Shown: in pieces, positions 44,161 to 53,448 of the stretch
How the letters are laid out: each line of letters starts with the position of its first letter
Position numbering within the stretch: position 1 is the stretch's first letter
Source: Clostridia bacterium
Lineage (GTDB): Bacteria > Bacillota > Clostridia > HGM11514
Reading direction: 5' to 3'
NCBI GenBank assembly: GCA_034186235.1
Contig: JAXGBA010000075.1
Location: forward strand, 1-63,073
Length of the DNA stretch: 63,073 nt
Notes under the pieces: model-generated
What the model saw: the letters and a program-made list of their open reading frames with translations, nothing else
Told to the model about the DNA's origin: nothing
The model's database searches: none
Made by a program: the position numbers and the translations under genes

Positions 44161-44712
44161 TTGATGATGTCATATAAAGAAGAAGCAAAAAAGGCGGTTT
44201 CGGAGGTGATCGAAGCGTCAAAAGTAAAGCCCGGAGAACTGTTTGTTGTGGGTTGTTCTTCAAGCGAAATAATAGGGAAAAAGATAGGAACCGACTCAAA
44301 TGTTGAAGTTGCAAAAGAGGTTTTTGCGGCGATATACGAGGTCCTTTCCGAAAAGGGAATATATATGGCGGCGCAGTGCTGCGAGCACCTTAACCGTGCG
44401 CTTATTATCGAGGCAGAGGCCGCAGAGAAATTCGGTTATGCTCCCGTAAACGCAGTGCCGCAGCCGAAAGCCGGAGGGTCGTTTGCTACGGCGGCATACA
44501 ACACTTTTAAACATCCCGTTGCGGTTGAAACAATCAGCGCAAAAGCGGGTATGGATATCGGCGAAACGCTTATCGGAATGCATATTGCGCCTGTTTGTGT
44601 TCCGCTCAGGATTTCGGTTAAAAAAATCGGGGAAGCAAACCTTATCTGTGCACGTTCCCGTCTTAAATTCATCGGCGGCGTAAGGGCTGTCTACAATGAG
44701 GAGCTGATGTGA
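44161..44712 (+). CDS. TIGR01440-family (UPF0340) protein
   Basis: 183 aa. GELFVVGCSSSEI, AAQCCEHLNRALIIE. Confidence 0.8.
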   Translation: MMMSYKEEAKKAVSEVIEASKVKPGELFVVGCSSSEIIGKKIGTDSNVEVAKEVFAAIYEVLSEKGIYMAAQCCEHLNRALIIEAEAAEKFGYAPVNAVPQPKAGGSFATAAYNTFKHPVAVETISAKAGMDIGETLIGMHIAPVCVPLRISVKKIGEANLICARSRLKFIGGVRAVYNEELM

Positions 44713-45293
44713 TGTACCAGAACGCAATTGAGCTTTCGCATGAATATATCGAAAGAACCGTCCGCCCGGGTGATACGGTCATTGACGCAACCGCCGGCAA
44801 CGGCAACGATACGCTTTTCCTTGCAAAGCTTGTTGGGGAAAATGGCAGAGTGTTTGCGTTTGACATACAGGAAGCTGCGATAAAAAACACAAAAAAACGG
44901 CTTTCGGACGCAGGTGTTTCGGAGCGCTGTACGGTGATTGAAGACGGGCATCAGAACATGAAAAAGTATGTTGGGTGCCCCGTAAAAGCAGTGATGTTCA
45001 ATTTCGGGTATCTTCCGGGAGGCGATCACGGGATTTTCACCGTTGCCGAAACCTCTATAGAGGCTATAAAGGCGGCAATGGAACTGATTTCGGATGACGG
45101 AATAATCACGCTCGCCATTTATTACGGCGGCGACAGCGGTTTTGAAGAACATGACGCACTGCTGGAATTCCTTAAAGACATCAGTAATAACGAGTACAGC
45201 GTTCTGTATCATGATTTTATAAACTATCCGAACTGCCCGCCGCTTGTGGTGAGCATAACAAGGAGTAAAAAAGCATGCAAAAAGCGATATTAG
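44709..45293 (+). CDS. mnmM: YtqB/MnmM-type SAM-dependent tRNA methyltransferase
   Basis: GDTVIDATAGNGNDTLFLAKLVGENGRVFAFDIQEAAIKNTKKRL and FNFGYLPGGDH closely parallel B. subtilis YtqB. The start is GTG 44709 or ATG 44712, overlapping the upstream stop. Confidence 0.75.
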   Translation: MMYQNAIELSHEYIERTVRPGDTVIDATAGNGNDTLFLAKLVGENGRVFAFDIQEAAIKNTKKRLSDAGVSERCTVIEDGHQNMKKYVGCPVKAVMFNFGYLPGGDHGIFTVAETSIEAIKAAMELISDDGIITLAIYYGGDSGFEEHDALLEFLKDISNNEYSVLYHDFINYPNCPPLVVSITRSKKACKKRY

Positions 45294-46510
45294 TAGGAAT
45301 TAATACCGGAACGAGGGGGATAACGGAAGAATCGAGCGAGGAAACCTTAAACGAACTTTCCGCACTCGCCGAAACCGCCGGAGCGGAAACCGTTGCGACG
45401 GTTATTCAAAACCGTCAGCTTATCGAGCCTGCAACCTTAATCGGCAAGGGTAAGCTTGAAGAAGTCTGCGAGCTTTGCCGCATTCATAATCCGGATTATG
45501 TAATTTTTGACGATGAGCTTTCGGGTTCCCAGGTCAGAAACCTTGAGGAGGCAACAGGTGTAACCGTACTTGACCGCAGCCGCCTTATTCTCGATATTTT
45601 TGCGGAGAGGGCAACATCGGGCGAGGGCAAGTGCCAGGTGGAACTTGCACAGCTTAAATATATGTTTCCGAGGCTTTCGGGGATAGGTGCGTCGCTGTCA
45701 CGCCAGGGCGGCGGAATAGGTTCGAGAGGCCCGGGCGAAACCAAGCTTGAAACCGACAAAAGACATATTCAGGCAAGAATCAACAAATTAAGAGCCGACC
45801 TTAAAGAAATCGAAAAACACCGCGGAATCATGCGAAGCCAACGGCTTAAAACCGGGGTGAAATCCGTTGCGATTGTCGGGTATACAAACGCAGGGAAGTC
45901 AACGCTTATCAACACCCTGACCGACGCCGAAACGGTTTCGGAGGACAAGCTTTTTTGCACTCTCGACCCTCTTACCAAAAAAATGAGGATAGAAGATGAG
46001 CTTGATGTGGTTTTTACCGATACGGTCGGATTTATCAGAAAGCTTCCCCATCATCTTGTCGAGGCGTTCAAATCGACGCTTGAGGAGAGCGTATATGCGG
46101 ACCTTATTCTTCATGTGGTTGACGCCTCTTCGCCGGAATTTGAAACGCATATGATGGTTGTAAACAATCTTCTTTCTGAGCTTGGCGCAGGCGGAAAGCC
46201 GGTTATAGTGGCGCTCAATAAGGCGGATAAGGCGGAAAATATTCCGAATGTTGCAAATTCCGTTGTAATTTCGGCAAAAACGGGAGAGGGTGTCGGCGAG
46301 CTTCTGCATATGATTAAAACCGCTCTCGAACCGTCCAAAAAACGGGTTCGTCTGCTTATTCCGTATACTGACGGCGCAGTGACATCGTTTGTGTACGAAA
46401 GATGTAAAATCGAGTCGGAAAACCATACGGAAAACGGCTGCGAACTTGTGGTTACTGCGGAAAACGAATATTTTTCGAAAATTGAAAGGTATGTAATCGA
46501 TGAATTATAA
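45275..46510 (+). CDS. hflX: GTPase HflX
   Basis: 411 aa. HflX N-domain (LAQLKYMFPRL, GPGETKLETDKR). G-domain GYTNAGKST, DTVGF, NKAD. Confidence 0.9.
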   Translation: MQKAILVGINTGTRGITEESSEETLNELSALAETAGAETVATVIQNRQLIEPATLIGKGKLEEVCELCRIHNPDYVIFDDELSGSQVRNLEEATGVTVLDRSRLILDIFAERATSGEGKCQVELAQLKYMFPRLSGIGASLSRQGGGIGSRGPGETKLETDKRHIQARINKLRADLKEIEKHRGIMRSQRLKTGVKSVAIVGYTNAGKSTLINTLTDAETVSEDKLFCTLDPLTKKMRIEDELDVVFTDTVGFIRKLPHHLVEAFKSTLEESVYADLILHVVDASSPEFETHMMVVNNLLSELGAGGKPVIVALNKADKAENIPNVANSVVISAKTGEGVGELLHMIKTALEPSKKRVRLLIPYTDGAVTSFVYERCKIESENHTENGCELVVTAENEYFSKIERYVIDEL

Positions 46511-47117
46511 AACGATTAATGCGGAAGGCTGCGGAGAATATACCGAAAAGCGTTCGAGATTTATCGCAAAGGCTTATCATGTGGATTCCGAGGAGGAGGC
46601 AATCTCGATAATTGAGGAAACCCGAAAAAAATACTGGGACGCACGCCACTGCGTTTACGCATATGTGATAAGAAACAATAATCTTGCAAGATTTTCCGAT
46701 GACGGCGAGCCTTCCAAAAGCGCAGGAGCGCCGGTTATGGATATTTTAAGCCGAGAGGGGCTTTGCGATTGCCTGGTTACAGTTGTAAGGTATTTCGGCG
46801 GAGTGCTTTTAGGGGTTGGCGGTCTTGTGCGTGCGTATTCCAAAAGCGCAAAGGAGGCAATAGAAGACGCCGGAATTGTAACTATGGCAAAATGCAGCGT
46901 TTTTTCGGTAACTTTGCCGTATTCCGACTGGGGAAAGTTTCAGAATGCCGTGAAATCCGCAGGTGCGGAAATAACGAAATCCGAATTTCTTGAAAATATT
47001 TGTGCGGAAATCACGATTGAATCGCAGTTTTCCGAAAAACTGAAGGCGGATATTACCGAAAGCTTTAACGGCACGCTGGAGTTGTGCTTTGTTTCGGAAG
47101 GGTTTTTAGCCATGTAA
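46500..47117 (+). CDS. YigZ / IMPACT-family protein
   Basis: 205 aa. KRSRFIAKAYHV, ARHCVYAY, DDGEPSKSAGAP, VVRYFGGVLLGVGGLVRAY. Confidence 0.85.
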   Translation: MNYKTINAEGCGEYTEKRSRFIAKAYHVDSEEEAISIIEETRKKYWDARHCVYAYVIRNNNLARFSDDGEPSKSAGAPVMDILSREGLCDCLVTVVRYFGGVLLGVGGLVRAYSKSAKEAIEDAGIVTMAKCSVFSVTLPYSDWGKFQNAVKSAGAEITKSEFLENICAEITIESQFSEKLKADITESFNGTLELCFVSEGFLAM

Positions 47118-47139
47118 ACAAAATTTAACAAAAACAGTC

Positions 47140-47168
47140 TTGACAATACGGGGTTTATATATTATAAT
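47140..47168 (+). promoter_or_regulatory. Perfect-consensus sigma-A promoter about 330 nt upstream of rny
   Basis: TTGACA, 17 nt, TATAAT. Confidence 0.6.
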
Positions 47169-47290
47169 TAAATAGTAATGATATGCAAAAAACCTCTGTT
47201 GAGCAAACAATTAAGGTTTTAAATATAAATTTTTTCTTTTTTTATTTCATTATTTATATATATAAAAGTTAAATATTTATTTTAAAGCTT

Positions 47291-47366
47291 ATCCCTGCTG
47301 TAACTGTATTCCGACAGAGGGTCCTTCGGGGCATATTCGGATGTTTTTCAGCGTGGGATTTTTTGT
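47291..47366 (+). terminator. Terminator-like multi-hairpin element inside the rny leader (possible attenuator)
   Basis: Outer stem atccc(t)gctg / cagcg(t)gggat followed by tttttt. It encloses ctgt-attccg-acag and gtcc-TTCG-gggc hairpins. Confidence 0.45.
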
Positions 47367-47495
47367 TTATTTGGAGGAATATGCGTTGCCGGGCGTTTCT
47401 TGCCAAAGCGTGCGGCAGTGCGGATTTGTCCGCAGTTTCCATCGTCGGCGGACTATGCGTTATAATAATTTTTGGTTAAGGAGGTGTAATCGCAT

Positions 47496-49046
47496 TTGGA
47501 GATAATTATATATTGCGTGCTTGCGGCAGTTGCAGTAATTCTTGGTATAGGCGGTTTCTTTGCCGGCGTTAATTACCGCAAAAAGGTTGCGGAAGGCGAA
47601 CTCGGCAGCGCCGAGGAACAGGCTAAAAAGATTCTTAACGACGCTTATAAGCAGGCTGAGTCGAAAAAGAGAGAGCTGACACTCGAAGCGAAGGAAGAAA
47701 TTCAGAAGCTGCGCAGCGATTATGATAAAGAAGTAAAAGAAAAACGCAATGAACTTAACCGTCAGGACAGGCGCCTTCAGCAGAAGGAGGACTCTCTTGA
47801 CAAAAAAATCGAAAATGCGGAAAAGAAAGAGGCTGCTTTAGTCGAAAAGGCGGAAGCGGTAGAAAAATCAAGAAAAGAAATCGAAAGCCTTAAAGAAAAG
47901 GAAATGGCGCTTCTTGAAAGGATTGCGGATATGTCCACATCCGAAGCGAAGGATCTTCTTCTTAAAAAGGTTGAAGGCGAAATCAGGCATGAAACAGCCA
48001 AGATGATAAGCGACATCGAAAGCAAAGCTAAGGACGAAGCTGACGAAAAGGCCAAAAACATCATCGGTCTGGCTATTCAAAGATGCGCTGCCGACCATGT
48101 GACCGAAACAACCGTTTCGGTAGTGTCGCTTCCCAATGACGAAATGAAGGGAAGAATTATCGGCAGAGAGGGCAGAAACATCCGTGCAATTGAAACCCTC
48201 ACGGGTATAGATTTGATTATTGACGATACTCCCGAGGCAGTTATACTGTCAGGGTTTGATCCGGTAAGACGAGAGGTTGCAAGAATTGCTCTCGAAAAGC
48301 TTATTTCGGACGGAAGAATTCACCCGGCAAGAATTGAGGAAACCGTTGAACGCGCCCAAAAGGCAGTTGCGGCTAAAATCAAGGCCGAGGGTGAACGCGC
48401 AACATTTGAAACCGGGGTTCACGGGCTTCATCCCGAGCTTGTTAAGCTTCTCGGGAAAATGTGCTTCAGAACCAGCTACGGTCAGAATGTGCTTCAGCAT
48501 TCGATTGAGGTTGCACATATCGCAGGGCTTATGGCGGGCGAACTCGGTGCGGATGTTACAATTGCAAAACGTGCAGGTCTTTTGCATGATATTGGTAAGT
48601 CCGTTGACCATGAGGTTGAAGGTTCCCATGTTACAATCGGTGCCGAGCTTGCCAAAAAGTACGGTGAAACCGAGGAGATTATTCATCCTATCATGGCGCA
48701 CCACGGCGATGTTGAATGTAAAACGCTGATTGCATGTCTTGTTCAGGCAGCAGACGCAATTTCCGCCGCAAGACCGGGCGCAAGACGGGAAAACATCGAA
48801 AACTACATAAAGCGTCTTGAAAAACTCGAAGAAATTGCAAACAGCTTTGAGGGCGTTGAAACATCCTATGCAATCCAGGCCGGCCGTGAAATCAGAATCA
48901 TGGTTAAGCCCGATTCCGTTTCCGATGACGGTATGGTCGTAATCGCACGCGATATTGCCAAGGAGATTGAAAGCTCCATGGAATATCCGGGTCAGATTAA
49001 GGTCAATGTTATCAGGGAAACGCGCTCAATCGATTACGCAAAATAA
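47496..49046 (+). CDS. rny: Ribonuclease Y
   Basis: TTG start 8 nt after AAGGAGGTG. N-terminal TM helix, long coiled coil, KH domain ([19 protein letters not shown]), HD domain (LLHDIGK...HH). Confidence 0.92.
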   Translation: MEIIIYCVLAAVAVILGIGGFFAGVNYRKKVAEGELGSAEEQAKKILNDAYKQAESKKRELTLEAKEEIQKLRSDYDKEVKEKRNELNRQDRRLQQKEDSLDKKIENAEKKEAALVEKAEAVEKSRKEIESLKEKEMALLERIADMSTSEAKDLLLKKVEGEIRHETAKMISDIESKAKDEADEKAKNIIGLAIQRCAADHVTETTVSVVSLPNDEMKGRIIGREGRNIRAIETLTGIDLIIDDTPEAVILSGFDPVRREVARIALEKLISDGRIHPARIEETVERAQKAVAAKIKAEGERATFETGVHGLHPELVKLLGKMCFRTSYGQNVLQHSIEVAHIAGLMAGELGADVTIAKRAGLLHDIGKSVDHEVEGSHVTIGAELAKKYGETEEIIHPIMAHHGDVECKTLIACLVQAADAISAARPGARRENIENYIKRLEKLEEIANSFEGVETSYAIQAGREIRIMVKPDSVSDDGMVVIARDIAKEIESSMEYPGQIKVNVIRETRSIDYAK

Positions 49047-49052
49047 AACCCT

Positions 49053-49087
49053 TCGGCGGAAAGATTTCAAATCTTTCCGCCGATTTT
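49053..49087 (+). terminator. rny intrinsic terminator
   Basis: tcggcggaaagat-ttcaa-atctttccgccga followed by tttt. Confidence 0.8.
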
Positions 49088-49107
49088 ATATTTAAAAAGA
49101 TGAAACA

Positions 49108-49146
49108 GGGCATGCAAGTGAGGATTAAATTCTCACTTGCATGCCC
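49108..49146. terminator. Second perfect 15-bp hairpin 20 nt after the rny terminator
   Basis: gggcatgcaagtgag-gattaaatt-ctcacttgcatgccc. Weak T-runs on both sides. No gene on the minus strand reads into it. Confidence 0.4.
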
Positions 49147-49276
49147 CGTTTGTCAGTTTTTGACGCAGCAAAATACTATTTTGTCAATACTTCGCATTGC
49201 CTTGGCAAAGGTTATTTGATATAATAATTGCATAAAATCCTTGCAAAAAAATTTTATAATTAAGAGAGGAAGAAAA

Positions 49277-49806
49277 ATGACAATACTGAGAAGAAGTGTG
49301 GCATGGACATTGACTCTTCTGTTTCTGGCGGCAAATTTGCTTGTGGCATTTCCGGCAATTGCGGCTTATGCAGCGAGAGTTGCAGTGTACAATGAAACAT
49401 TTGAGAGCGGAACGGGCGGTTTTGTTACTCAGGGCGACGAAATCAAACTGGCACGCGGCACAGACGCTTCGGGCAACCATTATATTATGGTTGCTGTAAA
49501 CCCGGATAAAGCGGAAGCGGTGGCAACCGTAAGCCGAGCTGCTACGGATGCCGGCCGTTGGGGAACGGAATTTTTTTCTGGGCATTTCAGCTGAGCGTCA
49601 ATAACCGGTACTTTTATAACGGCAAAAAATATGAAATTACCTTTGACGGTACCTGCTTTGACGGAACAAATCAGCTAAAACCCAGTTTCGGTACAACCGT
49701 TTTACGGATGACCGGAAATACCGTTTGGGTTATAAAGAACGGTGAGTGGATTAACCGAAACGAGCTCTGGCCTGTGCCGGGAACATATATAGATAAGAGA
49801 GAATAG
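49277..49806 (+). pseudogene. Small secreted protein (CBM-like N-terminus) split by a frameshift at a T7 run
   Basis: Track ORFs 49241..49594 and 49558..49806 overlap in different frames. Adding one T to the run at 49571-49577 fuses them (...AGRWGTEFFFWAFQLSVNNRYFYNGKKYEITF...). RBS GAGAGG before ATG 49277. Signal peptide MTILRRSVAWTLTLLFLAANLLVAFPAIAAYA. Confidence 0.55.
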
Positions 49807-49908
49807 AGAAAAATGAATAATGAATTGCCTTCGGCAGGTAGGTTGTTCCAATATTTTATGAATTTTTAGAAAAAATCAAAAAATATTTGAAAATTTTTTA
49901 AAAAACAC

Positions 49909-49937
49909 TTGACTATTTGCAAAAATTAGTATATACT
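49909..49937 (+). promoter_or_regulatory. Sigma-A-type promoter for rpmG-secE-nusG
   Basis: TTGACT, 17 nt, TATACT. A leader hairpin follows (gcagggt(c)ttttt...aaaaaaccctgc). Confidence 0.5.
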
Positions 49938-50010
49938 TATAATACTTGAAGCAGGGTCTTTTTTTTTGTGTATGAAAAACCCTGCCAACGCTTTAGGAGG
50001 TGCACTTAGC

Positions 50011-50160
50011 ATGAGAGTTAAAATTACATTGGCTTGCTCAGAATGTAAGCAGAGAAACTACAATACAATGAAGAACAAAAAGAATACTCCTGACAGATTA
50101 GAGCTTAAAAAGTATTGCAGATTTTGCAAAAAGCACACTACTCATAAGGAAACAAAATAA
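50011..50160 (+). CDS. rpmG: 50S ribosomal protein L33
   Basis: [59 protein letters not shown]. Confidence 0.9.
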   Translation: MRVKITLACSECKQRNYNTMKNKKNTPDRLELKKYCRFCKKHTTHKETK

Positions 50161-50190
50161 TTTGTTATTTTCTTGACGGGAGGTATAATT

Positions 50191-50406
50191 ATGGCTGCAA
50201 CTGTTGAAAAGGTGAGCCTTTTTAAAAGAATTGCCAACTATTTCAGAGAGGTAAAATCTGAACTTAAAAAGGTTATATGGCCTACTTTCGGGAAGGTTGC
50301 CAAAAATACCGGCATCGTTCTCGTTGCTATCATTATTTCCGCCGCTTTGATTGCTGTTTTTGATTATGCATTTATGCTGATTTTCCAGAAATTGCTCGGA
50401 ATATGA
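50191..50406 (+). CDS. secE: Preprotein translocase subunit SecE
   Basis: GGGAGG RBS. FFREVKSELKKVIWPT motif followed by a single TM helix. Confidence 0.85.
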   Translation: MAATVEKVSLFKRIANYFREVKSELKKVIWPTFGKVAKNTGIVLVAIIISAALIAVFDYAFMLIFQKLLGI

Positions 50407-50424
50407 CCGGAGGGTGGTTTCTAA

Positions 50425-50946
50425 ATGAGTGATAATGCTAAATGGTATGTTGTTCATACCTATTCCGGGTATGAAAACAAGGTCAAGGCGGACATAGAGA
50501 AGTCCATTGAAAACCGCAATATGAGCGATCTCTTTGTTGATATTCAGGTTCCCATGGAGGAGGTTGTTGAAAACAAAGACGGCCGCAGCAAGGTTACACA
50601 GCGCAAAAAGTTCCCTTCGTATGTCATGATTAAAATGGTCATGAATGACGAAACCTGGTACATCGTCCGCAATACGCGCGGCGTTACCGGCTTTGTCGGT
50701 CCGGGCAGCAAGCCCGTTCCACTCACCGAGGAGGAAGCGCTTAACATGGGCATCGAAACGCGTACCGTTACGGTTGATTACCAGGTAGGCGACAGCGTTA
50801 AGGTTTTGGAGGGCCCCCTCGAAAACTTTATCGGCGTGGTTGAAGAAATCAGCATGGAAAGACAAATCGTTAAGGTTATGGTTTCCATGTTCGGCCGCGA
50901 AACCCCGGTTGAGCTTGAACTTAACCAGGTTGAAACTTTAGAGTAG
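50425..50946 (+). CDS. nusG: Transcription termination/antitermination factor NusG
   Basis: KWYVVHTYSGYENKVK, FPSYVMIKM, KOW motif GDSVKVLEGPLENFIGVVEEI. Confidence 0.92.
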   Translation: MSDNAKWYVVHTYSGYENKVKADIEKSIENRNMSDLFVDIQVPMEEVVENKDGRSKVTQRKKFPSYVMIKMVMNDETWYIVRNTRGVTGFVGPGSKPVPLTEEEALNMGIETRTVTVDYQVGDSVKVLEGPLENFIGVVEEISMERQIVKVMVSMFGRETPVELELNQVETLE

Positions 50947-51065
50947 AACTGCTCTGAATGCTGATAATTAGCGAACTTTTGTTCGCCGGTTATATAAGTG
51001 GGAGAAATCAAAAATTTCTTGGTTTCGCCAATTACCACATTTGTATCGTAAGGAGGTGCATACTA

Positions 51066-51491
51066 ATGGCTCAGAAAATTTCAGGTTTCATTAAATTGCA
51101 GATTCCCGCAGGTAAAGCTACTCCTGCACCGCCGGTTGGTCCCGCTTTGGGTCAGCATGGTGTTAACATCATGGGCTTCTGTAAAGAATTCAATGAAAAA
51201 ACCGCTAAGGACGCAGGTCTTATCATTCCTGTTGTTATCACGGTTTATGCGGACAGGTCTTTCTCCTTCATAACAAAGACTCCTCCGGCAGCTGTTCTTA
51301 TTAAAAAGGCTTGCAAAATCGACAAGGCTTCGGGTGTTCCGAATAAGACTAAGGTTGCTACAATCTCTAAAGAGGATGTTCGCAAAATCGCAGAAACAAA
51401 AATGCCCGATTTGAACGCTGCTTCTCTCGAGGCTGCTATGAGCATGATCGCAGGTACATGCAGAAGTATGGGTGTTGTGGTTGGAGACTGA
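51066..51491 (+). CDS. rplK: 50S ribosomal protein L11
   Basis: [55 protein letters not shown]. Confidence 0.92.
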   Translation: MAQKISGFIKLQIPAGKATPAPPVGPALGQHGVNIMGFCKEFNEKTAKDAGLIIPVVITVYADRSFSFITKTPPAAVLIKKACKIDKASGVPNKTKVATISKEDVRKIAETKMPDLNAASLEAAMSMIAGTCRSMGVVVGD

Positions 51492-51556
51492 TTCCGGCCT
51501 TCAAGTATTGTGGGAGGAGCTTTTGCTCCGTATAACCACGAAAGGAGTTATTGAAT

Positions 51557-52249
51557 TTGAAAAAGGGTAAAAAGTATGTCGAAAGCGCTAAGCTTATCGA
51601 TAAAGCAAAATTATATGCCCCTGCTGAAGCTTGTGAAATCGTAGTTAAGACAGGTAAGGCTAAGTTTGACGAAACTGTCGAAGCTCACATCAAGCTCGGC
51701 GTTGACTCCCGTCACGCTGACCAGCAGGTTAGAGGTGCGGTTGTTCTCCCTCACGGAACAGGTAAAACCGTTAGAGTTCTTGTTTTCGCTAAGGGTGAAA
51801 ATGCCGACATCGCTAAAGAAGCCGGCGCAGATTTCGTCGGTGCTGAAGATATGGTAACAAAGATTCAGTCCGAAAACTGGTTCGACTTTGATATCGTTGT
51901 TGCTACTCCCGACATGATGGGTCTTGTTGGCCGCCTCGGTAAGGTTCTCGGTCCTAAAGGACTTATGCCTAACCCGAAGGCAGGCACTGTTACTCCCGAT
52001 GTTGCCAAGGCTATCGCCGACATCAAAGCAGGTAAGATTGAGTATCGTCTGGATAAGACGAATATCATCCACTGCCCGATCGGTAAGGTTTCCTTTGGTG
52101 CTCAGAAGATACAGGAAAATTTCAACACTCTCATGGCTGCAATCGTTAAGGCTAAGCCTGCGGCTGCAAAGGGTCAGTATCTCAGAAGCGTTGCAATCAC
52201 CACTACAATGGGCCCCGGCATCAGAATTAACGGCGCTCAGATCGGCTGA
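51557..52249 (+). CDS. rplA: 50S ribosomal protein L1
   Basis: TTG start at 51557 (9 nt after AAAGGAG) or at 51551 as in the track. [14 protein letters not shown]...[30 protein letters not shown]. Confidence 0.9.
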   Translation: MKKGKKYVESAKLIDKAKLYAPAEACEIVVKTGKAKFDETVEAHIKLGVDSRHADQQVRGAVVLPHGTGKTVRVLVFAKGENADIAKEAGADFVGAEDMVTKIQSENWFDFDIVVATPDMMGLVGRLGKVLGPKGLMPNPKAGTVTPDVAKAIADIKAGKIEYRLDKTNIIHCPIGKVSFGAQKIQENFNTLMAAIVKAKPAAAKGQYLRSVAITTTMGPGIRINGAQIG

Positions 52250-52271
52250 TTGAAATTTAACTTAATAATAC

Positions 52272-52311
52272 AAAACAAGCATATCGTTTTATAATGCGAT
52301 ATGCTTGTTTT
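52272..52311 (+). terminator. Strong terminator directly after rplA
   Basis: 15-bp perfect stem aaaacaagcatatcg / cgatatgcttgtttt with a 10-nt loop. Confidence 0.8.
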
Positions 52312-52320
52312 ATATTGTAC

Positions 52321-52494
52321 TTACTCGATTTTAAAATCGCCTGCCAATGCTTTGGCCATTGCCTTTATTGCATGATTTGCTCCGACTACTCCATACATTG
52401 CACCAAGGCAAACTATTAGGATATTCAGCGTTTCCGAATCAAAATGATTATTGTTTTCCTTTATGTCTATTTCAGGAAATCCGTAAAGATACAT
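52321..52494 (-). other. Unannotated 57-codon ORF, or the 3' remnant of a disrupted gene
   Basis: MYLYGFPEIDIKENNNHFDSETLNILIVCLGAMYGVVGANHAIKAMAKALAGDFKIE. The frame stays open about 24 more codons upstream (...STNSHGYGYILRAAQKL) with no start codon or RBS, which suggests a truncated gene. Confidence 0.2.
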
Positions 52495-52594
52495 AAGCTT
52501 TTGTGCCGCTCTGAGAATATAGCCGTATCCATGCGAATTTGTCGATAGAATTATGTGGCATATCTATTTTAACATAACAAATTAAAAAAACTAC

Positions 52595-52623
52595 TTGCAT
52601 TAAACGAGTTTTTACAGTATAAT
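52595..52623 (+). promoter_or_regulatory. Sigma-A-type promoter for the secreted-protein cluster
   Basis: TTGCAT, 17 nt, TATAAT. About a 105-nt 5' UTR containing a nested inverted repeat (ttcaat-atcatg-attgaa). Confidence 0.5.
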
Positions 52624-52735
52624 AAAAGTAAGACAAACATGAATTTTGATTTTTCAATATCATGATTGAAAACGATGTTGTCTGTTTGCGGAAATATATT
52701 GTTTCAGAATGAAAAATATTGTAAGGAGGCGTAAA

Positions 52736-53440
52736 ATGAAAAGAATTATCTGCATTATGCTCGTTTTGCTTTCGGTTTTTTGCCGCGGCTTTGTTTACGC
52801 CGAGGGTATAACGAGAGAATATACATACGAAGAAAGCCGGCAGTGCACCATGCCGAACGGATACGAATATCTCGGGTATGCGGGTACTTTGACTTTTTCT
52901 GCCGATATCAGCGGTGAAATCGATTATGCAGGGTGCGAATTCAAGTGTGTAAACGAAGAAATAGGTGAATACTATAAGCCGATCGATATTAAACTGACCG
53001 GCAAAAAAGGCATGAAGGATTTTATGCTGAAACTCACAGGAAGGCCGCTTCGTGCCGGCGACAGTCCTTATCGGCTGACGCCGTATGTTGTGTCGGGCGG
53101 TAAGAAGATATACGGTGAGCCGGTCGAGTTTTCGGTTAGAGAAACCTGTGAGCTTATGACAAACCTAAGGATTGTCTATGACCAAATTCAGAAGATTGAG
53201 TTTACCGACCGGGAAAAGGAAATTCTCGACATAATTCTGCCGGTGGTGAGAGAAACCATAGCGGCGGGAGAAGCGGGCGTTGAGGTGACCAAGGATTACA
53301 TCAAAACAAACTATCCCGACGAAATCGCAAGGGTTAAAAGTATGGATTCCGAGGAACAGCGCGATTCTTTCGACAAAAAATTAAGGGGAAATATCGATGA
53401 ACAGGCACGAAAATATTTTGTTGCCATGGTCATGAATTAA
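52736..53440 (+). CDS. Secreted protein of unknown function (family member A)
   Basis: AAGGAGG sits 7 nt before ATG 52736 (track start 52709 is upstream of the RBS). Signal peptide MKRIICIMLVLLSVFCRGFVYA. Beta-rich N-domain and a helical C-terminal module shared with the next gene. Confidence 0.7.
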   Translation: MKRIICIMLVLLSVFCRGFVYAEGITREYTYEESRQCTMPNGYEYLGYAGTLTFSADISGEIDYAGCEFKCVNEEIGEYYKPIDIKLTGKKGMKDFMLKLTGRPLRAGDSPYRLTPYVVSGGKKIYGEPVEFSVRETCELMTNLRIVYDQIQKIEFTDREKEILDIILPVVRETIAAGEAGVEVTKDYIKTNYPDEIARVKSMDSEEQRDSFDKKLRGNIDEQARKYFVAMVMN

Positions 53441-53448
53441 AGTAAACT

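Noticed and set aside
47381-47479. 32-codon uORF in the rny leader as a real leader peptide
   Set aside because: Not called as a CDS. Its GGAGG is only 3 nt from the ATG and there is no homology evidence. It is kept only as a remark in the rny-leader finding.
49184-49585. 133-aa minus-strand ORF
   Set aside because: It is antisense to the signal-peptide-bearing frameshifted gene. It is Cys/Arg-rich and has no RBS.
50098-50865. 255-aa minus-strand ORF
   Set aside because: It is antisense to rpmG-secE-nusG, which are unambiguous. It has no RBS and no recognisable motifs.
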